Assembly (NCBI GenBank): GCA_016929435.1
Contig: JAFGIV010000006.1
Location: 8,071 to 72,070 of the forward strand
Source of the DNA: Candidatus Uhrbacteria bacterium
GTDB taxonomy: Bacteria; Patescibacteriota; Patescibacteriia; SG8-24
DNA: 64,000 nt
Reading direction: 5' to 3'
The position numbers and the translations under genes are program-made. How positions within the stretch are numbered: position 1 is the first letter of the stretch; each line of letters opens with the position of its first letter. The notes under the pieces were generated by a model. It had not been told where the DNA came from. It saw only the letters and a list, made by a program, of their open reading frames with translations, and searched no databases. Below are positions 51,640 through 60,630 of the stretch, one piece after another.

Positions 51640-53916
51640 ATGGGAAATGACCCGGATCGGTTTTCGGAAGGGACTGACGGCGACGCCCGCTGGGCCGAGG
51701 CGTTTTTCGGGCTCATTCCGGACATTGCCGTATCCTTGGATTCCCGCGGGAGGATAGCGTACGTCAACCGTTACGGACGGAAGCTGTTGGGCGGTGACGA
51801 GAGCGCCGATCTTGTCGGCCGGGACTGGTTCGGGGAATTCATCCGTCCCGGCGACCGAAGGGCGGTAAGACGGGTTTTCCGACAGACGATGGCTTCCGAA
51901 CCGGATGGTGAAGGGACGGAACACGGCCATTACCGGAACCGTATCGTGGCCCTGGACGGTCAGGAAAGGGTGATCGAGTGGCACAACCGGACGGTTCGGG
52001 ACAGTGACGGACGGGCGATCGGGATCGCCAGCGTCGGCCGGGACGTCACCGAATCGGTGGAGACGGGCAAGAGGCTGGAGGAAAGCGAGGCGAAGTTTCG
52101 GTCAATGGTCGAGATGTCCAACGACATAACCCTTAGGATCAACCTGAAGGGGGAATTGCAGTACATCAGTCCGCAGATCAGTAAATACGGGGAGGATCCG
52201 GTAGCGGTTCTCGGGCGCAATTTTACCGAATTCGTCCACCCTGATTTCCGGAAGGAACTGCGCCGTTTGGCGATCCAGCGTTTTTTCCATCCCGACGGCA
52301 AGTTCCCCCCGTTCGAGTTCATCGCCACCCTGGACGGCGGCCGCCGCCAGGTTTGGATGCAGGTCTGGTCCGGGGCCATCCGCGACAAGAGGGGTCGGGT
52401 AAGGGAAATCGTCTCCGTCATGCGGGACATCGATGACCGCAAGCGTTCGGAAATCCACTTTAAGGAACTGGTGGAGAACCTGACGGTCGGGGTCTATCGG
52501 CGGGAATTCGGCCCGAACGGACGTTTTCTGGAGGGCAATCCGGCCGCCTTGGCCATCTTGGGGGCCAAATCCGTTGACCAGGTTCCGAACATGAACATCG
52601 AGGACATCTGCCAGGATCCGGAGGATTACCGCCATGTCGAGAGGGAGCTTGCGGAGAAGGGGGTAATCCGCGGTTTTGAGATGGGCATCAAGACCCTGAA
52701 GGGCAAGCTTGCCTACATTCGGCTTACGGCCATCCTCAAGAAGGGGAGTGACGGTAAGGCGTATTCGGACGTGATCGTGGAGGACATCACCGCCGAGAGG
52801 GCGACGATCGAGAGGATCAGGGAAAGCGAGGAGCGCTACCGCGTATTGGCGGAGAACACCCCCCAAGACATCATTTTGATCGATGTTGACGGCCGCCTCC
52901 TGTTCATGAACCGGCCTGCCCTGAACCGGTACGGTTTCGGTGACGTGGCCGAGGCCGGCAGGAAGTTCCGTTTGAGCGGGAGTTTCGTCGGCGAAGACCG
53001 GCGGAGGGTCGAGGATCTGATCGATATGGGCCGGCAGGGGAAGGTCTCGACCGTTGAGCTGGAAAGCGTCGATGCCGGTGGGGTCTCACGGACCATGCAG
53101 GTGATCTTTGCGCCGGTCCGCGATTCGAAAGGCACGGTCAGCGGGATTGTTGTCGTCGGTTCGGACGTATCCGAGCTGCGGGCCATGCGGAGGCAGGTCG
53201 ATGAACTGGACCAGCTGAAATCCCGCTTCATGACCTCCCTTCTCCATGTCACCAGGACCCCGCTCAGCAAGATCCGGTGGGCCCTGGAGATCCTGCAGTC
53301 CGGGGAGATCGCACCGGTAGCCCCCGGCCAGTCCGCCTTCATCCGCCAGGCCCTATCCAGCGGCAATACGGTCATTTCCGTGATGGAGAACATGACGTTG
53401 GCACTGGACATCGAGCGCGGTGCCCTGACCCTGGACCGGACGTTCACCTCGGTCGTCAGCCTGGTCCAGTCGGTCCGTCAGCAGTTTTCCGCAAGGCATG
53501 AGATGGACGGGGTGGAATGCGTCATTGACGCCCCGGACACCGACATCAAGGCCAACGTTGACATCCACCGGCTTCATCGGGTGTTTGAGACCGTTCTGGA
53601 CAACGCCAGCCGCTACCTGAGGGACAGCGAACGCCGCATCCTGATACGCATCCGGACCGTCAGGGGGCGTGTCCGATTCGAGTTCGAGGATCACGGCATC
53701 GGCATTCCCGCCAACGAACAGGGGTATGTATTTGGCCGGTTCTATCGCGGTTCCAACGCCCAGTTGGCCCATCCGGATGGGGTGGGGCTGGGACTTTTCA
53801 TTTCCAGGGCCGTGGTTGAGGCCCACGGCGGGACCATGGGGTTCAGCAGCAGGGAGGGGAAGGGGAGCGTCTTCTGGATGGAGTTGCCGGTGGGCGACGG
53901 GAAGGCGGGGACATGA
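51640..53916 (+). CDS. Cytoplasmic multi-PAS (x4) sensor histidine kinase
   Basis: Four PAS-like modules. H-box FMTSLLHVTRTPLSKIRWALEIL. HGIGIPANEQGYVFGRFYRG and GVGLGLFISRAVVEAHGGTMGFSSREGKGSVFWMELP. TATAAT at 51603-51608. No adjacent response regulator. Confidence 0.9.
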   Translation: MGNDPDRFSEGTDGDARWAEAFFGLIPDIAVSLDSRGRIAYVNRYGRKLLGGDESADLVGRDWFGEFIRPGDRRAVRRVFRQTMASEPDGEGTEHGHYRNRIVALDGQERVIEWHNRTVRDSDGRAIGIASVGRDVTESVETGKRLEESEAKFRSMVEMSNDITLRINLKGELQYISPQISKYGEDPVAVLGRNFTEFVHPDFRKELRRLAIQRFFHPDGKFPPFEFIATLDGGRRQVWMQVWSGAIRDKRGRVREIVSVMRDIDDRKRSEIHFKELVENLTVGVYRREFGPNGRFLEGNPAALAILGAKSVDQVPNMNIEDICQDPEDYRHVERELAEKGVIRGFEMGIKTLKGKLAYIRLTAILKKGSDGKAYSDVIVEDITAERATIERIRESEERYRVLAENTPQDIILIDVDGRLLFMNRPALNRYGFGDVAEAGRKFRLSGSFVGEDRRRVEDLIDMGRQGKVSTVELESVDAGGVSRTMQVIFAPVRDSKGTVSGIVVVGSDVSELRAMRRQVDELDQLKSRFMTSLLHVTRTPLSKIRWALEILQSGEIAPVAPGQSAFIRQALSSGNTVISVMENMTLALDIERGALTLDRTFTSVVSLVQSVRQQFSARHEMDGVECVIDAPDTDIKANVDIHRLHRVFETVLDNASRYLRDSERRILIRIRTVRGRVRFEFEDHGIGIPANEQGYVFGRFYRGSNAQLAHPDGVGLGLFISRAVVEAHGGTMGFSSREGKGSVFWMELPVGDGKAGT

Positions 53917-53952
53917 TCCTGCCCATCAGATTTTTGAAGGGGGTCCGATTCC

Positions 53953-53981
53953 GCGGCTCCCCGAAAAAGACGCCGTTCAGG
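53953..53981. terminator. Bidirectional terminator
   Basis: aaaaagacgcc-gttcag-gcgtctttttt. Confidence 0.8.
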
Positions 53982-55074
53982 CGTCTTTTTTCCCCATTTC
54001 CCGGTTTACGTATCCCGTGATTTTTTCCCTGAACCTTTCGGCGCTGAATTTTTCGGCGTGGCGGCGGATGGCTTGGGGGTCGAATCGACGGTGGTCGAAG
54101 CGGCGGACCGTCTCGGCCAGCTCTTTCCAGTTCTGGCTGTCCAGGAACCGGCCGGTGACGCCCTCCACGACCGTTTCCGTTGCCCCGCCCTTCCGGTAGG
54201 CGATGACCGGCCGCCCGGAAGCCATGGCCTCCACGGCGGTGATGCCGAAATCCTCCTCCTGCGGGTTGAGGTAGGCGATGGCGTGGCGGTAAAGTTCGGC
54301 CTTCTCTTTCTCGTTGACCCTGCCCAGGAACTCGACGTTCGGTCCGGCCATTTTCCCCAGCCTTTCCGTTTCCGGACCGTCGCCGAAGATCTTAAGGGGC
54401 AGTCCCAGGTCACTGAAGGCCCGGACGGCGATGTCGAACCGCTTGTAGGCGACCAGCCGTCCGCCGGCCAGGTAATAGTCGCCGATGTCTTCCGAGACGG
54501 AGAACCTTTCCGTCTCGATCGGCGGATGGATGACGGTCGATTTTCGGCCGTAGTATCGCCAGATGCGCCGGCGGACCGTCTCCGAGTTGGCGATGAACCG
54601 GTCCACCCGGTCGGCGGCCAGGCGATCCCAGGCGCGGAGGCGGGGAAGATACAGCCTGACGGCCTGTCGGACCGGTTTCGGGAGGTTAAGGCCGTCGACG
54701 TAGCTGTCCGTATCGGACCAGAGGTAGCGGGTCGGCGTGTGGCAATAGCAGAAATGCACCGTTTCCGGCCGGGTGACGATGCCCTTGGCAAAGGCCGAGG
54801 TGCTGGAAAGGACGGCGTCATACCCCCTCAGGTCGTAACTTTCCGTGGCTAGGGGCATGAGCGGCAGCAGGAACCTGTATGTCTTCAGTCCCAACGGCAG
54901 TCGTTGGAGGAAGGAGGTGCGGATGTCCCGGCCGTCGAAGGCCGGACCGACCCGTTTGGGGTCATGCATCAGGACATAGGTCGGGGAATCCGGCCACATG
55001 TCCTGAAAGACCTGGAGCACCCGTTCGGCACCCCCGTCCTGGATGAGATAGTCGTGAACCAGGGCCATTTTCAT
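53977..55074 (-). CDS. Glycosyltransferase family 4
   Basis: MKMALVHDYLIQDGGAERVLQV N-terminus typical of GT4. EDFGITAVEAMASGRPVIAYRKGG (EX7E). Confidence 0.85.
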   Translation of the reverse strand: MKMALVHDYLIQDGGAERVLQVFQDMWPDSPTYVLMHDPKRVGPAFDGRDIRTSFLQRLPLGLKTYRFLLPLMPLATESYDLRGYDAVLSSTSAFAKGIVTRPETVHFCYCHTPTRYLWSDTDSYVDGLNLPKPVRQAVRLYLPRLRAWDRLAADRVDRFIANSETVRRRIWRYYGRKSTVIHPPIETERFSVSEDIGDYYLAGGRLVAYKRFDIAVRAFSDLGLPLKIFGDGPETERLGKMAGPNVEFLGRVNEKEKAELYRHAIAYLNPQEEDFGITAVEAMASGRPVIAYRKGGATETVVEGVTGRFLDSQNWKELAETVRRFDHRRFDPQAIRRHAEKFSAERFREKITGYVNREMGKKDA

Positions 55075-55075
55075 A

Positions 55076-56488
55076 TCACTCGTTCTGTCGCCGGGCGATG
55101 ACCGCCCAGGGCGTCTTGGCCAGGATCGCCAAGTCCAGCCAGGGTGACCAGTTCTCCATGTACCAGATGTCCAGGCGGGCCTCCTCGTCGAAATTCAGGT
55201 CCGACCGTCCGGAAACCTGGCCCATGCCGGTGATGCCGGGCTTGACGTTCAGGACCCGCCGCTGCCAATCGGCGTACCTGTCCACCTCCTCCGGCAGGTG
55301 CGGCCGCGGTCCCACCAGGCTCATCTTCCCGGACAGCACCAGGAAAATCTCCGGCAGCTCGTCGATCGACCAGCGGCGGATGAACCTGCCTACCCGGGTG
55401 ATGCGGGGATCGTCCTTGATCTTCACCAGCGGCCCGCCCTGGCGGGTATTCCGGTCGGCCAGCTCCGAATAGCGCAGGTTATGGGACCTGTGCCGCATTG
55501 ACCGGAACTTGACGTAGCGGAAGGGTTTCCCGTGTTCGCCGATTCTGGTCACAGGGCTGCCGTCATCCAGCTCGCTCCAGAATACCGGACCCCTGGAATC
55601 GAGCTTTACGGCAATGGCCGTGACCGCCAGGATCGGGGATACGATGACCAGCATGACGGCGGAGACGATGATGTCGAACAGCCGCTTGAAGACCCGGCCC
55701 CAGCCGTCCAGCCGGATGCCCTTCACCTCCACGATCGGGATGCCGGCGATTACCCCCACCTCCAGGTTTCCGGACTGCGACTCCAGGGCATTGGCGGCAT
55801 ACCGGAACGACAGGTGGCGCGATTGGGCGAAGGCGAAGATGCGGCCGAGTTCCTGGCGGCTTATTTCCGGGTCAGTGACGATGATCTCGTCGATCTGGCC
55901 GCTTTTGGCCATTTCGTCCGTTTCGGCGGAGGCCGCATCGAAATTCGGGTAGGAACGGACGATGCGGTAGCCGTTGCCGGGGTTGGCGGCGAACTCGTTC
56001 CGCAGGGTGGCGGCAATCCGGTTGTCGACACCGATGACCGCAACCCGGTGGACACCGACGCCGAGACGGAGCAGGCGGCGCTGTGTCAGGCGCACGGCAA
56101 TCCGCCCCAGGCTGACGTAAAGGAAGGAGAGGGCCCAGGCGACGATGACGATCAGCCGGGACTCGAACATTTCCCGCTGGAAGAACACCACGGCAATGAC
56201 TGCCATTACCGCGGCGGCCGAGGCGATCAGGATGCGGTTGATCTCGTGCTTGAGGCGGCGCGGACCGAAGGTGGTGTAGAGCCCGGCTATGGCGAAAAAC
56301 AGCACGAAGATGGCCGAGGCCGCCAGTGAGGCCCTCAGGAACTGACCGAAAGGCAGGTCAAAGACCACCGGCCGCATCTCGGACAGCCACCCGAACCGCC
56401 AAAAATAGGCGGTTAGCGCCGCCAAAAGCACCAGGCAGAAATCGACCGGCACCATGATGACCGTGAAGAACAGTTCGGCTTTTTTCAT
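55076..56488 (-). CDS. Polyprenyl-phosphate hexose-1-phosphate transferase (WbaP/WcaJ-type bacterial sugar transferase)
   Basis: Five N-terminal TM helices. C-terminal Bac_transf domain KRLFDIIVSAVMLVIVSPILAV...KLDSRGPVFW...KFRSM...DELPEIFLVLSGKMSLVGPRP. Directly upstream of the GT4 gene (operon). Confidence 0.9.
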   Translation of the reverse strand: MKKAELFFTVIMVPVDFCLVLLAALTAYFWRFGWLSEMRPVVFDLPFGQFLRASLAASAIFVLFFAIAGLYTTFGPRRLKHEINRILIASAAAVMAVIAVVFFQREMFESRLIVIVAWALSFLYVSLGRIAVRLTQRRLLRLGVGVHRVAVIGVDNRIAATLRNEFAANPGNGYRIVRSYPNFDAASAETDEMAKSGQIDEIIVTDPEISRQELGRIFAFAQSRHLSFRYAANALESQSGNLEVGVIAGIPIVEVKGIRLDGWGRVFKRLFDIIVSAVMLVIVSPILAVTAIAVKLDSRGPVFWSELDDGSPVTRIGEHGKPFRYVKFRSMRHRSHNLRYSELADRNTRQGGPLVKIKDDPRITRVGRFIRRWSIDELPEIFLVLSGKMSLVGPRPHLPEEVDRYADWQRRVLNVKPGITGMGQVSGRSDLNFDEEARLDIWYMENWSPWLDLAILAKTPWAVIARRQNE

Positions 56489-56549
56489 ACGGAAGCGTCG
56501 ATTTTCATATTAGGCCTTTGTCCGGCCGCTGGCAAGGTGTGGACACAAT

Positions 56550-56578
56550 CCCGCATCTTGACTTTTCTGCTAAGATCC
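56550..56578 (+). promoter_or_regulatory. Sigma70-like promoter of rnpB (TTGACT-17-CATTAT)
   Basis: -35 56550-56555, -10 56573-56578. Confidence 0.5.
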
Positions 56579-56583
56579 GCCAT

Positions 56584-57053
56584 TATGTCTGGGAGGTTGG
56601 CCAGACGGTCGCCCCGGTGACGAACCGGGGAGGAAAGTCCGAACACCCGTTCCGGCGCAAGCCGGGACGACCGGCGATAGTCGCTAACGGCGACCGGGTA
56701 TAAGGCGAAAGTGCGGCCGGCAACGGCCGAAAGGCCATGGCCGCAACTCGTCGAAGCCCAGGGAAAGTGCAACAGAAAACACACCGCCTGAACCCCGAAA
56801 GGGGTGAGGATTCGGATGAAGCCGAAAGGCCGACCCGAACCAGGTAAGGTTGAAATCGTGGGGTAAGGGCCCACGCGGGAGAGCCGGGTGACCGGCCCCG
56901 TGGAAAACGCCTATCCGGTGCAAGAGCAAGTTTGGTAGCTCGCATTCCGTTCCCAAAATCGGGGCGGAGGAGGCGGTCGGCAACGGCCGCTCAAGAGAGA
57001 TGACCGTCCGTTCCCTCCGGGGGACGACAGAATTCGGCTTATCGACCGGCCTC
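56584..57053 (+). ncRNA. rnpB: RNase P RNA, bacterial type A
   Basis: Conserved P4 GGAGGAAAGUCCGAACACC. AGUGCAACAGAAAACACACCGCC. CAGGUAAGGUUGAAAUCGUGGGGUAAGGGCCCACG. 3' GACAGAAUUCGGCUUAUCGACCGGCC pairing with the 5' end. Ends are approximate. Confidence 0.85.
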
Positions 57054-57061
57054 AAACGTCG

Positions 57062-57090
57062 AAACCCCTGCCCAAACGGCAGGGGTTTCG
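57062..57090 (+). terminator. Terminator hairpin after rnpB
   Basis: aaacccctgcc-caaac-ggcaggggttt; the T-run is weak. Confidence 0.5.
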
Positions 57091-57195
57091 TGATAAATTA
57101 CAGTTAGTTATTTGGCTGTTTTAAGCCATAATATTAACTATGTTTAGTTATTTTTATCTAATAATTAGATATTTGATACAATATTTTGTATTAAC

Positions 57196-57224
57196 TTGAC
57201 AGTTAATTATGGATACTCTATAAT
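57196..57224 (+). promoter_or_regulatory. Sigma70 consensus-like promoter (TTGACA-17-TATAAT) in an AT-rich islet
   Basis: Perfect -35 and -10 hexamers. Upstream direct repeats gttagttattt x2. Confidence 0.6.
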
Positions 57225-57262
57225 AAAAAACATAAGTTATTAAGAGCTATGGCTTAATAATT

Positions 57263-58450
57263 ATGATCAGAAAGATAAAATTCAGTAATTTCTATTCCTT
57301 TAATGGGGAACAGGAGATTGATTTTACGGCGACCAAGAAAAAGAACGACTATAGTTATTATAATTCGCCGGTGGGCGATCAAATCACCAAAGTGGCCGGG
57401 TTTATTGGTGATAATGCTTCCGGAAAGACGAATATTCTTCGTGTTTTTAGTTTTCTGGGGTATTTTATCTGCAGCCCATCTCGTCCGACCCTAGTTGATT
57501 TGCCTTTTATTGCCTATAAGGCTTTTTTTGGCAATTCAGAACCGTCAAGTTTTTATATAGAATTTGAAATAGACCAAGACATATACAAGTATTCCCTGAC
57601 CTTGAAAAACAACATTGTCGAATCTGAGAGTTTGAACGTCAAAAAAATCGGCAGTTTGGGTGCGTCGGTGAAGGTGTTTTCAAGGACACCAGACGGAGTA
57701 AAGCTAAATGATGAACTGTTCCGCGGTTTTGATGAGATGGAAGGGATGAAGAATATTCGCTCTGATGTTTCCTTGATTTCTTATGTTAGGGCTAATTATC
57801 AGATTGATGTAATTGGCAAGATTTTTAGTTATTTTTCGAATTTCGGCTTCAACATAAACGAACGGGGTGACAAGTTTGGTATCGGATATTCGGCAATCAA
57901 ATATCTGGAAGACGAACAGGTGAAGACAAAAACGGATAATTACTTCATAGGGTCCAATACCGGTTTGAAGGGTTTTAAGGTTGAAAGGGATAACATAAAA
58001 AACGAAAGGGGGGAGGATATTGTCCGTATCTCTGTTTGGGGTATCCATAACACGGAAAAAGGCGATACGCTGCTTTATTCCGATTACGAATCGACCGGAA
58101 CGAAATCGCTGTTCTGCATGATCGATAAGTTGACGTTGGCCATCAAAAATAACGGTGTGGCGATAATTGACGAAATCGAAACCGGTCTGCATCCGGAAGC
58201 GCTGTATAAGTTGATTGGATACTTCATCGACGAGAACGAGGAAAGCCGGGCCCAGCTGATCTTCTCTTCACATTCCTTGGAATTCATGGGTAAGTTGGAC
58301 ATGCAACAAATCTATTTGGTGGAGAAGAATGAGGATGGGGAAAGCCGGGCATATCGCTTGGATTCTGTTGAAGGTGTAAGGTCGGATGATAATTTTATGG
58401 CCAAGTACATGTCCGGAGCCTATGGGGCCTTTCCGGACATTCGGGTTTAG
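57263..58450 (+). CDS. AAA_21-family ABC-like ATPase (RloA/AriA/AbiLi-like), anti-phage module component A
   Basis: N-terminal IKFSNFYSFNGEQEIDF...AGFIGDNASGKTNILRVFSFL (Walker A). C-terminal VAIIDEIETGLHPEALYKLIGYF...QLIFSSHS (Walker B/D-loop). About 33% GC versus about 60% background. Confidence 0.85.
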   Translation: MIRKIKFSNFYSFNGEQEIDFTATKKKNDYSYYNSPVGDQITKVAGFIGDNASGKTNILRVFSFLGYFICSPSRPTLVDLPFIAYKAFFGNSEPSSFYIEFEIDQDIYKYSLTLKNNIVESESLNVKKIGSLGASVKVFSRTPDGVKLNDELFRGFDEMEGMKNIRSDVSLISYVRANYQIDVIGKIFSYFSNFGFNINERGDKFGIGYSAIKYLEDEQVKTKTDNYFIGSNTGLKGFKVERDNIKNERGEDIVRISVWGIHNTEKGDTLLYSDYESTGTKSLFCMIDKLTLAIKNNGVAIIDEIETGLHPEALYKLIGYFIDENEESRAQLIFSSHSLEFMGKLDMQQIYLVEKNEDGESRAYRLDSVEGVRSDDNFMAKYMSGAYGAFPDIRV

Positions 58451-58458
58451 GGTGTTCT

Positions 58459-58950
58459 ATGTGTCCTTATCTCCTTTATGGCGAGGGCAGACGGGATAGA
58501 AAATTTTTGGAGGCTTTAGCTTCTGTACCGCAGTTTCAGTACCATACGAAAGGATGGATACCGAAATTCGACAATTGGCACGGATGTTCCGCCAAGAATA
58601 CGATAGAGGGGTGCCGCAAGGCCTTTTGTAAATATGGGGCCAAGTTTACCATTTGTCTGATAGATATTGATGATCTTAAGCATGACTATCCGGAAGATTG
58701 GGACGAACAGAAGTTGAAGATAGAGCAAGACGAAGTGGGTTGGCTATCCATTGTTTGGCAATACGAAAATGCCGAGGATGAATACAGGAAGGTCATCCCG
58801 GATCTGTACAACGGTGATAAGACTGCTAAAAACAGGGAAGCTGTGAGAAGAATAGCTGAGTTTGTCAATTGTGACCTTTGGAAACGGATAATGGAGGAAT
58901 TCGAGAGGAAAGCGGAATTCGAGAAAAAGAAACAGGAAAAAGACACTTGA
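58459..58950 (+). CDS. Small Toprim-like (RloB/DUF4435-like) partner protein, component B
   Basis: YLLYGEGRRDRKFLEALAS (Toprim Glu) and FTICLIDIDDL (DxD) about 55 aa later. 8 nt after the ATPase gene; same low GC. Only 163 aa, which is shorter than typical AriB/AbiLii. Confidence 0.55.
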   Translation: MCPYLLYGEGRRDRKFLEALASVPQFQYHTKGWIPKFDNWHGCSAKNTIEGCRKAFCKYGAKFTICLIDIDDLKHDYPEDWDEQKLKIEQDEVGWLSIVWQYENAEDEYRKVIPDLYNGDKTAKNREAVRRIAEFVNCDLWKRIMEEFERKAEFEKKKQEKDT

Positions 58951-58964
58951 ATACTTTATAGAAT

Positions 58965-58995
58965 TAAACAACCGCCCCGAAGGGCGGTTGTCTTT
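58965..58995. terminator. Bidirectional terminator
   Basis: aacaaccgcccc-gaa-ggggcggttgtc followed by ttt. Confidence 0.7.
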
Positions 58996-59004
58996 AAGTT
59001 CGAA

Positions 59005-60066
59005 TCATCTAACCCCGACCAGCTTCCTCACCTCTTTCAGCGTCTCCCCGGCGGTCTTTCCGGCCGTTTCCGCGCCTTTCTTCAGTATTTCTTTGAGGTG
59101 ATCCTCGTCTTCCCTGAACTTTTCGTATTTTTGGCGGAAGTCGGCGAAATGGTCGGATAGGCGTTCGGCCACCAGCCGCTTCAGCTCGCCGTACCTGATC
59201 GGCTGTCCGGCCATTATCAGCCTGGCTTCCCGTTCGCCGCCGGCCAGCTTGAGCAGGGTGAGGAGATTGTAGGCCCCGGCCTGGCCACACAGGTCAGTGC
59301 CTTCCCCGTCCGTCAGGGCCGGATTCGGCCCGCCGAGGCGGCGCTCCAGCTCCTCCTCCGAATATTTCAGTATTCCCGTGGTTTCCGTGACGGCCGATTT
59401 CAGCTTGGCGCAAATCGTGTCCGGGTCATCCCTAAGGGCGACATACGATTTTCCCCCCAGGCTCTTGGACATCTTCTTCAGCGGGTCGTTCAGTCCGCGG
59501 ATTTTCGGGGTTTCGGTCAGGAGCGGTTTGGGTTCAGTGAAATACCGGCCGAAACGGTTGTTGAAGAAACCGGCGATGTCCCGCGTCAGCTCCAGGTGCT
59601 GCAGCTGGTCCCGCCCCACAGGAACCTGGTCCGCCCGGTATATGAGGATGTCCGCGGCCTGCAGGACCGGATAGGCGAACAGGCCGACGTTGATGTTCTG
59701 TTTCTGCCGGGACGCCTTGTCCTTGTATTGGGTCATCCGCTCCAGGAAGGAGATCGGGGTGACGGTGTTGAGTATCCAGCAGAGCTCCGTGTGTTCCGGG
59801 ACATGGGACTGGACGAACAGGGTCGTCTTCTTCGGGTCAACGCCGATGGCCAGCAGTTCGGCCGCCAGGTCCATGATTTGCCGACTCTTTTCGGACGGGT
59901 CGTAATCCTCGGACAGGGAATGGTAGTCGGCGATGAAATAGAAACGCCTGGCCTCCCGTTCCTGCAGGGCGACCATGTTCCGGTAGATGCCGGCATAGTG
60001 GCCGAGATGCGACGGCCCGGTCGGCTGGACGCCGGTGACGATGGTGGGGATCTTTCTTTCGGTCAT
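59005..60066 (-). CDS. trpS: Tryptophan--tRNA ligase
   Basis: VTGVQPTGPSHLGHYAG (HIGH-type), KMSKSLGGKSYVAL (KMSKS); class I TrpRS length. Confidence 0.9.
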   Translation of the reverse strand: MTERKIPTIVTGVQPTGPSHLGHYAGIYRNMVALQEREARRFYFIADYHSLSEDYDPSEKSRQIMDLAAELLAIGVDPKKTTLFVQSHVPEHTELCWILNTVTPISFLERMTQYKDKASRQKQNINVGLFAYPVLQAADILIYRADQVPVGRDQLQHLELTRDIAGFFNNRFGRYFTEPKPLLTETPKIRGLNDPLKKMSKSLGGKSYVALRDDPDTICAKLKSAVTETTGILKYSEEELERRLGGPNPALTDGEGTDLCGQAGAYNLLTLLKLAGGEREARLIMAGQPIRYGELKRLVAERLSDHFADFRQKYEKFREDEDHLKEILKKGAETAGKTAGETLKEVRKLVGVR

Positions 60067-60094
60067 ATGCGGTCATTATAGACGAAAGCGTCGG

Positions 60095-60126
60095 ATAAGA
60101 AAAAAGGGACGCCAGGCGTCCCCCTT
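60095..60126 (-). terminator. Rho-independent terminator (minus strand)
   Basis: gggacgcc-a-ggcgtccc; the minus-strand reading is followed by ttttttctt. Confidence 0.6.
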
Positions 60127-60155
60127 ACCGAGTTTTTCCCCGTCTTTCTTTTTTC

Positions 60156-60488
60156 CTATTTTTTCTCTTTCTTTTCCCTCAGTCTTCTTGCCCACGCCGC
60201 GTTTTTGGCCAGCATGGCCAAAGCGGCGACCGTCATCGCCGGGGCGGCTACGAATAGCGCAACCGGCAGGGCCCTTTCGGAAAAAAGCCCATTGTTGATG
60301 GTACCGGCCACGGTCGAAACCGCAGCCAACACCAACCATATTTTGAAAATTCTCCTGCTATCCAGCAGGATTTCTCTGGACCGTTCCCCTGGGGGCATGT
60401 CGGCGATGAAATTTAATATCGCCAACAGTCCCAATAGCGACCCTGGCCAGAACGTAAATCCCCATATCACCAATACCATTGTTTGCAT
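60156..60488 (-). CDS. Small membrane protein (3 TM), hypothetical
   Basis: MQTMVLVIWGFTFWPGSLLGLLAILNFIADMP.... Start at the ATG 60488 preceded by SD GGAGGAG (5-nt spacer). Minus-strand promoter GACCCTTGACA-17-TAAACT at 60533-60569. Confidence 0.5.
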   Translation of the reverse strand: MQTMVLVIWGFTFWPGSLLGLLAILNFIADMPPGERSREILLDSRRIFKIWLVLAAVSTVAGTINNGLFSERALPVALFVAAPAMTVAALAMLAKNAAWARRLREKKEKK

Positions 60489-60584
60489 TGTTTCTCCTCC
60501 GTGTTTTTGGTTCGGCGACATTGCCGTTTGACCGAAGTTTAGCATTTTTTCGGTTGGGTGTCAAGGGTCAGGGACAAAAACGAA

Positions 60585-60613
60585 AAGACCCCCTGCGGGG
60601 CCTTTTCTCGGGT
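60585..60613 (-). terminator. Rho-independent terminator for rnj (minus strand)
   Basis: aaaagaccccctgcggggcctttt; the minus-strand reading is followed by tcgttttt. Confidence 0.6.
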
Positions 60614-60630
60614 GTTTTCCCTACGCCCGA

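Noticed and set aside
56485-57055. Three overlapping minus-strand ORFs (120-129 aa)
   Set aside because: They lie entirely within the RNase P RNA gene, whose conserved P4 and 3' motifs are unambiguous.
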